Source of the DNA: an uncultured Gemmatimonadales bacterium
GTDB lineage: Bacteria > Gemmatimonadota > Gemmatimonadetes > Longimicrobiales > Gaopeijiaceae
Direction: 5' to 3'
DNA length: 64,000 bases
Assembly (NCBI GenBank): GCA_963809895.1
Contig: CAWELD010000003.1
Location: forward strand, 256,001-320,000
The notes under the pieces are model-generated. The model had not been told where the DNA came from. It ran no database searches and saw only the letters and a program-made list of their open reading frames with translations. Position 1 is the stretch's first letter, and every line of letters starts with the position of its first letter. Shown here piece by piece: positions 32,815-40,600 of the stretch. Position numbers and translations under genes: made by a program.

Positions 32815-34151
32815 GTCTCCCGCGCCTCCCGGGGGCGGTAGCCCGCGTCCCTGTCACCCCCTGCATCGTCGTCCAGCAGGATCACCTGGACGGGAGCGCC
32901 CTCGTCCAGGCGCTCGATGCCTTCGGGCACCACCGCCAGACCGTCGGCGAGCCCGAGCCCCGAGACGAGGCCGGAGCCCTGGGGGCCCGTCAGCCGCACC
33001 ACCGGGCGCGAAGGTCCGCCTTCGAGCGTCACGCGATACAGGTGACAGAGGTCCGCGGGTGAGCGGAGGGCCTCGCCACATACGGCCTCCAGCACGCGTC
33101 GGTGCGGAGTCACGTGCCCGGCGCTCACCCGGACCCAGGGCCGGACGAGCACCTGGAAAGTCACGAAGGCCGAGGAGGGATTGCCGGGCAGCCCGAACAC
33201 CGGCAATGGCCGGCCCTTCTGGCGTGGAAGCCGTCCGAAGCTGAACGGGCTGCCGGGACGAATGCGGACGCGCCAGAAATCCAGCTCGAGCCCGTCCTCC
33301 AGGAGGGTGCGTTTGAGCAGGTCCGCTTCACCCATGGACGCCCCTCCCACCGTCACCAGCGCGTCGCAGTCCATGGCCTGGTGAACCCTGGCGCGCAAAT
33401 CGCCGGGATCGTCCCGTGCGATTCCCAGCAGCACCGGCTCGGCGCCGGCCTCGGTGAGGCACGCCGCGAGCGCGGGCCCGTTGCTGTCTACGATGGTTCC
33501 GGGCTCCGTGGGCGCCGACGACTCGGCCAGCGGGCGCAGCTCGTCACCGCAGGTCAGGACGGCGACGCGGGGACGTCGGTGCACCTCGACCTCGGCAATG
33601 GCGGCGGCCGCCAGGACCGCGGTCCATCCCGGCGTCACCTCCAGCCCTGCCGCCATGACCTGGTCTCCGGCCCGGAAATCCTGGCCACCCGGACGGATGT
33701 TGCGGCCCGCGTCCGCGTCATCGAAGATCCGCACCTTGCCCTGCGCGCCCTCTTCGGCGTCGGTGTGCTCCACGCGCACCACCGTGTCGGCTCCGTCGGG
33801 GACGCGCGCGCCGGTCATGATACGGATAGCCTGTCCTGGGGCGAGGGACTGGTCCTGGCCTGCGGCTCCAGCGCGTGCGGCCGACACCACGGGCAGCACT
33901 CGAGGCTCGGAGCGGGTCGCGCCCCCGACGTCGGCGGCCCTGACGGCGTACCCGTCCATGGCCGAGTTGTCGAAGGGGGGAAGATCGATCCGTGCCGAGC
34001 CGGGGCGCGCGAGCACTCGTCCGAGCGCTCGGACCAGCGGCACCGTACGGGAGGGAAGGGGTTCCGCCGCGTTCAGGATCCGCGCGACGGCCTCGTCGAG
34101 AGAGAGCCAGTCGGCGCGCAGGCGCTCGAAATCGGCGGTCATCGCCGTCAC
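32811..34151 (-). CDS. moeA: Molybdopterin molybdotransferase MoeA
   Basis: PPFDNSAMDGYA, RIMTGA.VP.GAD, GDEL, GGAS.G, FGLPGNP. Confidence 0.95.
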   Translation of the reverse strand: MTAMTADFERLRADWLSLDEAVARILNAAEPLPSRTVPLVRALGRVLARPGSARIDLPPFDNSAMDGYAVRAADVGGATRSEPRVLPVVSAARAGAAGQDQSLAPGQAIRIMTGARVPDGADTVVRVEHTDAEEGAQGKVRIFDDADAGRNIRPGGQDFRAGDQVMAAGLEVTPGWTAVLAAAAIAEVEVHRRPRVAVLTCGDELRPLAESSAPTEPGTIVDSNGPALAACLTEAGAEPVLLGIARDDPGDLRARVHQAMDCDALVTVGGASMGEADLLKRTLLEDGLELDFWRVRIRPGSPFSFGRLPRQKGRPLPVFGLPGNPSSAFVTFQVLVRPWVRVSAGHVTPHRRVLEAVCGEALRSPADLCHLYRVTLEGGPSRPVVRLTGPQGSGLVSGLGLADGLAVVPEGIERLDEGAPVQVILLDDDAGGDRDAGYRPREARET

Positions 34152-34155
34152 CCGC

Positions 34156-34845
34156 TCACCAGCGGTAGGCGAGCCCCAGCGTGAGGGCGCCGTTGTTGAC
34201 CCACTCGCTGTTGGGCACGTTCTCGAACCCTCGCTCGGGATCTCGGTAGCCGTCCGGGTAGTTGAGCTTCCAGAGGCTCAGCGAGGCGTCCGCCCTGAGC
34301 ACGAAATGGCCGGGCAGCATGATCCGGAATCCCCCACCGAACACACCGGTGAACTTCGTCCCGAAGTCGAAGCGGTCGCCGGCTTCGAGAGGTTGGTCCT
34401 CCACCTGGGTGCCCGCGGCGTCGAAGGCCACGCCACCGCCAGCCAGGAGAAAGGGCTGGACGGCGTGCCAGGTGCGGCGACCGGTCAGGTCGAAGCGGAG
34501 CCGTACGTCGATGTCGTTCAGGAAGACCTCGGCCTCGTCGATCTTGCGGTCCCCCTCCGGGCGAGCGGGGTTGATGACGTCGCGCGTGGTGGGCAGGACC
34601 GTCCACACGCCCTCGAGAGCCAGAGGCCCGGCGAGCTCCACGGCGTAGCGGGCACCGAACCCGAGCGCGGGCGCCGGCCCGAACCCGAAGCGCCCGCGAT
34701 CGGGACTCAGGGTGCCCACGAAGAGCCCGCCTTCCTGACCCTCCTCGATGTACCGGTAGGGCGAGGGGATGCTCTGGGCGTGCAGGGGCGCGACGGCCGT
34801 GAGGAGCAGCCCGGTCAGGGCGGCGCCGAAACGGGATGGGAACAT
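34156..34845 (-). CDS. Outer-membrane beta-barrel protein, function unknown
   Basis: Signal peptide, alternating amphipathic strands, C-terminal LGLAYRW barrel signature. Confidence 0.7.
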   Translation of the reverse strand: MFPSRFGAALTGLLLTAVAPLHAQSIPSPYRYIEEGQEGGLFVGTLSPDRGRFGFGPAPALGFGARYAVELAGPLALEGVWTVLPTTRDVINPARPEGDRKIDEAEVFLNDIDVRLRFDLTGRRTWHAVQPFLLAGGGVAFDAAGTQVEDQPLEAGDRFDFGTKFTGVFGGGFRIMLPGHFVLRADASLSLWKLNYPDGYRDPERGFENVPNSEWVNNGALTLGLAYRW

Positions 34846-35044
34846 CGGCCTCGGAGACTCGGGTGGCGCCCCCTGGGGGGCTCTGAATGGCGATCGCGGC
34901 GCCGAAGGTTAGGGGCGCCGCGCCGTCGAATCAACGTTCCGGGTCCTGATTGACCTCCCTGGAAGGTGCGGTCAGATTGCAGCGTCAGCGACCTGCCAGG
35001 ACCGGCATTCCCTGCCCGGATACGTTTCGGTGGTACACGCCCCC

Positions 35045-36106
35045 ATGTCGTTCGTTTCCCGAGCGGTCCCGCGCTTGCGGCTCCAGCTCTCGACCGTCGC
35101 CGTGTGCGTCCTTCTGGGGTCGCTGCCGCCGGCGCCCGTGGCGGCGCAGACCGCGACGGCGCGGGTCGAGGAGAATCTGCGGGCCGAGCCCAACGAGGTG
35201 GTCCTGGGCGTGTTGCGGCCCGGCGCCGAGCTTCCGGTCGTGGACCGGCGTCCAGGGTGGGTTCAGGTCGAGCTCGAGGGGTGGGTGTGGATTCGCTCTC
35301 TGCAGATCGTGGACCGCGACGGCTTCGACCTGGTGGTGGTGCCCGAAGAGTCCGGGGCGGACGGCGAAAACCTGCGCTCGCGGCCCGCGGGACCGGTGCT
35401 CGTGCGGCTCGCGGAGGGTGCCCTCCTTCACGAGGTCGAGCGCATCCCTGGGTGGGTTCAGGTGCGGCGCCGCGCCTGGGTCTGGTCGGCGTCGGTGGAC
35501 GTCGACGAGTCCGCCGAGCCTCCGGCGCCGGCGAAGCCACGGGCGGAGGCGTTGAGCCGCCCGCCGCATCCTGCGGCTCCGGCCTTCACGGCGGGCCCCC
35601 GGGGCGCCCCGGTGCTCGCTTCGCCCGACGGCGATACACTGGCGACCGTGGTGGCCGGCGCGGACCTGGCGGTGGTGGGGCGGCAGGGGAGCTGGGCCCG
35701 GGTCCGCATGGACGGCTGGGTGTGGATGCCGGACACCACGACGGTGGCCGCGCCGGAGGGGAACACGGCCGAGCCCGCGACGCCGGCGGCGGTGATGGCG
35801 GACCCCGCGGCCTGGCGGGGGCGTATTGTCACATGGCAGCTTCAGTTCATCTCCCTGGAGCACGCCGAGACGGTGCGCACGGACTTCTACGAGGGAGAGC
35901 CGTTTCTCCTGACGCGTCCGGCGGGAAGCGACGATACGGCGAGCTACGTCTACGTGGCGCTTCCCCCCGAGCGCGAGGACGAGTTCTCCGCCCTCCGTCC
36001 GCTGGAGACCGTCACGGTCGTGGGCCGGGTACGGGTGGGTGCGTCGGTTCTCACCGGCAGTCCCATCCTGGACCTGATGGAGGTGCGACGCGGCCGCGGT
36101 GGGTGA
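35045..36106 (+). CDS. Secreted protein with three SH3b-like repeats and a probable C-terminal OB-like domain
   Basis: Signal peptide; ENLR..P motifs; repeats GWVQVELEGWVW, GWVQVRRRAWVW, SWARVRMDGWVW. Confidence 0.7.
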   Translation: MSFVSRAVPRLRLQLSTVAVCVLLGSLPPAPVAAQTATARVEENLRAEPNEVVLGVLRPGAELPVVDRRPGWVQVELEGWVWIRSLQIVDRDGFDLVVVPEESGADGENLRSRPAGPVLVRLAEGALLHEVERIPGWVQVRRRAWVWSASVDVDESAEPPAPAKPRAEALSRPPHPAAPAFTAGPRGAPVLASPDGDTLATVVAGADLAVVGRQGSWARVRMDGWVWMPDTTTVAAPEGNTAEPATPAAVMADPAAWRGRIVTWQLQFISLEHAETVRTDFYEGEPFLLTRPAGSDDTASYVYVALPPEREDEFSALRPLETVTVVGRVRVGASVLTGSPILDLMEVRRGRGG

Positions 36107-36222
36107 TGCGGTGAGCACCGACGCGGCCCCCGGAGTGCGCGTGAATCCCGCGGGGGGCCGTGCACGTATGGGAAGAGGTGTGAAGAAGGGAATCTGATCC
36201 AACGCGAGGATGCGCCCGGACG

Positions 36223-37011
36223 ATGCGCTGCTCCACATGTGGTGAAGGGCTAGAGCCCGGCGCCGACAGATGTCCCACCTGTGGGGCCACGGTCTCGCCG
36301 CGGGCGCTGCGCCGTATCTGGCCTTCCGAGGAGGGGGCGTCGGCGGTTCAGCAGTGCCCCCGGTGCGGGTATCAGGGGCACGGCGTCGGTTACTTCAGCC
36401 GACCTGGACACGTAGGCCTCCTCATCGGTGTCAGCCTCTTCACGTACGGTCTGGGGGGCCTGGTCTATTGGCTGGCCCGCCGCAAGCACTTCATCTGCCC
36501 GAACTGTGGCCTGGGCTGGGAACACGCCGGCCGCGCCCTGCCCTCGGGCTCCCGTCCCGATTCCAGACGTCTGGAAGGTGACGCCCCCCTGCCGTCCAGT
36601 GGGATCAAGCGCCGGGTCCTGGGCTCCATGATGGTGCTGCTGGCGTCGTTCCTCATCATGATGGGGATCATCGAGTTCGAGGCCGCGGCCATCGTCGTCG
36701 GCAGCGTGGCCGGTGCCGCCGGCTCGGGCACGTTCTTCTGGGGTTGGAAGGCGCTTCAGGAGCGTCGGCAGGCGCTGACGACCGGGCTGCAGCGCAAGGT
36801 TCTCCGGCTCGCGTCGCGCAAGGGCGGAACGCTCACCGTCACCGAGGTCGCGACGGATCTGAACCTGTCGCTGCCCGCGGCCGAGAAGCTGCTCATCGGG
36901 ATGGACGACGGGTTCCGGGTACGCTCCGAGATCACCAGAGAGGGCGTGCTTCTGTACGAATTTCCGGAGCTCAAGCACCGGCACGAGCTGGGGCCGGGCA
37001 CGGGCGTCTGA
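36223..37011 (+). CDS. Zinc-ribbon membrane protein with a C-terminal winged-helix-like domain
   Basis: Four CxxC pairs, three to four hydrophobic segments, C-terminal GGTLTVTEVA..LNLS...AEKLL...GVLLYEF. Confidence 0.7.
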   Translation: MRCSTCGEGLEPGADRCPTCGATVSPRALRRIWPSEEGASAVQQCPRCGYQGHGVGYFSRPGHVGLLIGVSLFTYGLGGLVYWLARRKHFICPNCGLGWEHAGRALPSGSRPDSRRLEGDAPLPSSGIKRRVLGSMMVLLASFLIMMGIIEFEAAAIVVGSVAGAAGSGTFFWGWKALQERRQALTTGLQRKVLRLASRKGGTLTVTEVATDLNLSLPAAEKLLIGMDDGFRVRSEITREGVLLYEFPELKHRHELGPGTGV

Positions 37012-37128
37012 TCGACGCGGCTGGGCCGCTGCGTCATGGTGACGACCTTTGCGAAACGGAACGGTTGCGGGAAGGCAGCGATCAGGGCTATTATCGATCA
37101 GCCCCCCGGCTTATCCGGTTCGACCGAC

Positions 37129-38892
37129 ATGTCTACCACACGAGTACTACACCTCGACGCATATCGGGGGCAGCGCCAGCAGCGCGTCGAGCGAATGCTC
37201 GCGCTCCTGGGGCCCGATCCCATCCGGTATCGTCTCGCCCTGCGCCTCGCCGACCTCCTGCACTCCGTGGGAGGCGACCGCGCGGCTGTCGTGTGGACCG
37301 ATGAGTTCGGCTCTCTGGTCCCGCACCCCTTCGTCGTTCTCGACCTCACCTCCGATACTCCCAGGCGAGGTGTGGATGGCCGGATCCTGCGCACTGCGTG
37401 GGAGCGAGGCCTCCCGGGGGTCGTCGACCACCCGGATCTGCCCCGACGGGCGGTGCCGGAGGCGCCCCGGAGCGCTGCCTGTGTGTCGCTGGGAAGTGAC
37501 GGAGCCCGCACCTGGTTCGCCCTGGTCGACGCAGTGGTGCCGCGGACGCCGCTCTCCGACGAGGACCGGCAGACCCTGCTGCACCTGACGGGTGAGTGCG
37601 CGGCGGTCATTCTGCATCGGGACCTCCTGGACGAGCGCTCCATGCCCGGCAGTGCCGACGCCTTCACGGGTTGGTCGGTGCTCTCGGACGTCGACGAGCA
37701 CCCCGATGCCGAGGAACGCATCGGGAATCGCTTTCTCGTGCTCCGGCTGGTGCGCTCGCTGCTGGACGACGACCTGACGCCCGACCCCGAGAGCCTGTCG
37801 GCCCGCATCCAGGCGCTGCGCACCGAGTTCGACTGCGTCCAGGACGAGGACGAGGAAGTCGATCTGTGGCGCGCAGTGCTCGACTCGGCGGAACAGCATG
37901 ACCCGGCAGCCCTGGCGGAGGCGGTCCTCGACATGGGACTGCGCGCCGAGGACCTCGGCGAGCTCGAGGGTGCCCTGGAGGCCTTTCGCTCCAGCTACTG
38001 GGTAGCCGCCCTCGGGGGAGCCCTCGACGCAGCGGTCGATGCAGCCCGCTACCTCGGCCGCAGCCACCGTCGGGCGGGCCGCTGGGACGATTCGGAGTTG
38101 TGGTACGTGCGAGCCGCGGAGGTGGCGCGGACCTTCGACTCGCGGGCGGGAGAGGCGCTGGCGCTCGACGGTCGCGCGGCGACGCTCCGGGCTCGTGGGA
38201 ACATGCCGGCCGCCCGGCAGGTCCTGACGGACGCCCTGTACTCAGCCGAAGAATCGGGCGATCCCCACGCCCTGGGCAGCGTGCATCAGCACCTCATGAC
38301 CTTCCACCATCTCGTCGGAGAGGGCACCGAAGCCGTGGAACACGGCTGGCAGTCGGTGATGACCTTCCGCACCCGCCGGGACCGGCTGCGGGCGCTGGTC
38401 TCACTGGCCGGGATCCTCCTGGACCTCAAGGCCGTGGATCTGGCCGAGCAGGCCTACTCGCTGGCGGTGGAGCGGGTGGAGGAGGGATATTACCGGATCT
38501 TCGCGCTGGAGGGCTACGCTCACACCGCCGCCCTGAAGGGGGCGCGCGAGGAGTATGAGCAGCGGTACCGCGCCGTGACCGGGGCAGGTTGGGCGGCGGG
38601 AGGTGTCGAGTTCCAGGCTCAGGCGCTCCTGTACCGGGGGCGGGCCTATCAGGCCCTCCACGACTACGAGGAGGCGGAAGAGTGGTACGAACAGGCGCTG
38701 ACCTTCGCCACCAAGGCAGGGCTCAACGCATATGCCTTCCAGGCCGAGGATGCCCTGGCGCGCCTCGCGGCGGCCAGGACGTCGGGCTCGGTCGAGGAAG
38801 CGGCGCCGGCCGCGCTCCCGGCCCGTACCCTGGCCGAGGTCAGGGGGGGCCTGGGAGCGCTCCGGCAGGAGCTGGCCAGCGTGGCGTCCTGA
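37129..38892 (+). CDS. GAF-like + TPR-repeat cytoplasmic protein
   Basis: N-terminal GGDRAAVVW...RSAACVSLG...LSDEDRQTLL.L..ECAAVI resembles GAF; C-terminal half has TPR-like helices (YLGRSHRRAGRWDDSELWY, LYRGRAYQALHDYEEAEEWYEQAL). Confidence 0.75.
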   Translation: MSTTRVLHLDAYRGQRQQRVERMLALLGPDPIRYRLALRLADLLHSVGGDRAAVVWTDEFGSLVPHPFVVLDLTSDTPRRGVDGRILRTAWERGLPGVVDHPDLPRRAVPEAPRSAACVSLGSDGARTWFALVDAVVPRTPLSDEDRQTLLHLTGECAAVILHRDLLDERSMPGSADAFTGWSVLSDVDEHPDAEERIGNRFLVLRLVRSLLDDDLTPDPESLSARIQALRTEFDCVQDEDEEVDLWRAVLDSAEQHDPAALAEAVLDMGLRAEDLGELEGALEAFRSSYWVAALGGALDAAVDAARYLGRSHRRAGRWDDSELWYVRAAEVARTFDSRAGEALALDGRAATLRARGNMPAARQVLTDALYSAEESGDPHALGSVHQHLMTFHHLVGEGTEAVEHGWQSVMTFRTRRDRLRALVSLAGILLDLKAVDLAEQAYSLAVERVEEGYYRIFALEGYAHTAALKGAREEYEQRYRAVTGAGWAAGGVEFQAQALLYRGRAYQALHDYEEAEEWYEQALTFATKAGLNAYAFQAEDALARLAAARTSGSVEEAAPAALPARTLAEVRGGLGALRQELASVAS

Positions 38893-38906
38893 CGCGTCGG
38901 GACGCC
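38883..38906. terminator. Hairpin between the convergent TPR and peptide genes
   Basis: ggcgtcctgac / gtcgggacgcc inverted repeat (one G-U pair). Confidence 0.45.
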
Positions 38907-38913
38907 GGGGGGG

Positions 38914-39051
38914 TCAGCTTCCGGAACCGGGGTGGCCGAACTCGCAGTTGGTGGCGTCGGGGGCGCAGTCGTCGTACGAAGTCGGCGATGAGCAGGCGCT
39001 GAAGGCCATGGTTGCCAGAAGGGCGAGGAGGGTGAGCCTGATGGTCCGCAT
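38914..39051 (-). CDS. 45-aa exported peptide / small lipoprotein
   Basis: MRTIRLTLLALLATMAFSA-CSSPTSYDDCAPDATNCEFGHPGSGS; GGAG RBS 9 nt upstream; signal peptide with FSAC lipobox; GC-rich third positions. Confidence 0.75.
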   Translation of the reverse strand: MRTIRLTLLALLATMAFSACSSPTSYDDCAPDATNCEFGHPGSGS

Positions 39052-39183
39052 GATGAATGCTCCACGAGTCGGTGCCGCGTGTCGTGGCCGGGGAATCCGA
39101 CCAACTGCCACCGCAAGGATGGGCCATACGAGGCCCGACCACGTCATCGTCAGGCAAGCTGCCTATGTCTTTTCCGTAGCTTC

Positions 39184-39981
39184 ATGGCTCTGATCGCCCT
39201 GGCGTCGCGCGACCGGGAGCTGGTCCGGACCGTGCGCACCAGCCTGGATCGGCGCTGGCACGACCTCGTGCAGGCCAGGTCCTGGGAGGTTCTCCCGCGT
39301 CAGCTTCGGGAACGGCCGGTGTCCGCCCTGCTCCTGGACCTGGCGCTGCTGCCCCCGGTGGGACCCGTGGCCGTGCGGGCGCTCCAGAGGGGATTTCCGG
39401 GGTTGCCCCTGGTCGCCCTGGCCCGTCTGAAGGATCCCCGCACGGTGTTCGAATTGGGACAGCAACGGATTCGACACCTCATCGTCATGGATGCCGAGGC
39501 GTCGACCCTCGAGCTGCGTCGCAGCGTCGTTCGGGCCGGCGAGCGCGCCGCACCGGGTCTGGTCGCGCGCTGGCTGGGCGGGCTCGTGGATCCGAGGGGA
39601 CTGGAGGTGGTACGAGCGTCCCTGGAGCTGACCCACAGATGCTGGAGTGCGGATCGCTTCGCGCGCTCTTTCGGGCTGAGTCGACCGGTCCTGAGCGAGC
39701 ACCTCAAGGGCATGGGGTTGCCCTCGGTCGGTCAGCTCATGCTCTGGGGCCGATTGCTGCACGCCGGCCACTGGCTCCCGGATCCGGCGCGGTCCGGGGA
39801 GAGCGTCGCGCGTCAGCTGGAGTACGCGAACGGATCGGTCTTCCGCCGGGCGTTGAGGAGCCACGTGGGATGCACCCCCACGGAGCTCGCCGAGGGCGGT
39901 GGCCTGGGGCGGGTGCTCCGGGCCCTCATCCGCGGTCAGGATCTCCCGGTTCCGGGCGAGATGAGCGCATCGGTGGCCTGA
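39184..39981 (+). CDS. AraC-type HTH regulator with a degenerate receiver-like N-terminal domain
   Basis: SALLLDL and FPGLPLVAL (REC-like); SADRFARSFGLSRPVLSEHL and ESVARQLEYANGSVFRRALRSHVGCTP (two AraC HTHs). Confidence 0.8.
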   Translation: MALIALASRDRELVRTVRTSLDRRWHDLVQARSWEVLPRQLRERPVSALLLDLALLPPVGPVAVRALQRGFPGLPLVALARLKDPRTVFELGQQRIRHLIVMDAEASTLELRRSVVRAGERAAPGLVARWLGGLVDPRGLEVVRASLELTHRCWSADRFARSFGLSRPVLSEHLKGMGLPSVGQLMLWGRLLHAGHWLPDPARSGESVARQLEYANGSVFRRALRSHVGCTPTELAEGGGLGRVLRALIRGQDLPVPGEMSASVA

Positions 39982-40079
39982 CCGCCAGCGGTTGTCAGGG
40001 CACCGGCCCGGAGGCCATCTTTCGACGTTCCCGGTCACTCTCGCGGTCATGGGCCGCAGCATCCCACGGAGTCCCGCAC

Positions 40080-40307
40080 GTGCTTCGCTTCACTGCCGCC
40101 GACGGCCGCGAGTGGGAGGTCGTGGCGGGACGGGAGTCGTGGGGAGCCATCGTGGCGATCTTCATCCCGGTGGGGGACGATCAGGCGTTGCGGCAGACCC
40201 ACCTGAGCGCCGCCTCGTACGAGGAGGCCAACGCCGAGCTCGGGGCGCTGGGGCAGGAGGCGTTACAGGCGCTGTTGGATCGCGCGATACCCAAGACCAT
40301 GGACTGA
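40080..40307 (+). CDS. Small hypothetical protein (75 aa)
   Basis: GTG after GGAG RBS; LRFTAADGREWEV...LQALLDRA; normal codon usage. Confidence 0.7.
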   Translation: MLRFTAADGREWEVVAGRESWGAIVAIFIPVGDDQALRQTHLSAASYEEANAELGALGQEALQALLDRAIPKTMD

Positions 40308-40342
40308 AGGCCTGCGGGCCGTACCAATCGAGGAGTCCGTCG

Positions 40343-40600
40343 ATGAGGGAGTTCGAAGACGCCGAGGGCCGTCGCTGGCTGACCCGGGTGGCCAGCCGGA
40401 GCGGACCCGACTACAAGGGCCGTTATCACCTGGTCATGGAGCCCGTGGACGGCGGGCCGGACGACGTGGTGGAGTTGGTCGACGTACGGTGGAACAGCGA
40501 GAAGACCGCGCAGCGCACCCTCGACACCATGTCGGGGGTGGAGTTGCGACGCCGGCTCAGATCCGCCCGCGGACGCGGGCGCTCGGTGTCACCGGCCTGA
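40343..40600 (+). CDS. Small hypothetical protein (85 aa)
   Basis: ATG after GAGGAG RBS; MREFEDAEGRRW...MSGVELRRRLRSA. Confidence 0.75.
   Translation: MREFEDAEGRRWLTRVASRSGPDYKGRYHLVMEPVDGGPDDVVELVDVRWNSEKTAQRTLDTMSGVELRRRLRSARGRGRSVSPA

Noticed and set aside
39097..39141. ccgacca direct repeat between the peptide and AraC genes as an AraC site
   Set aside because: Only 7 bp, GC-rich and 38 bp apart; not distinguishable from chance without comparative data.
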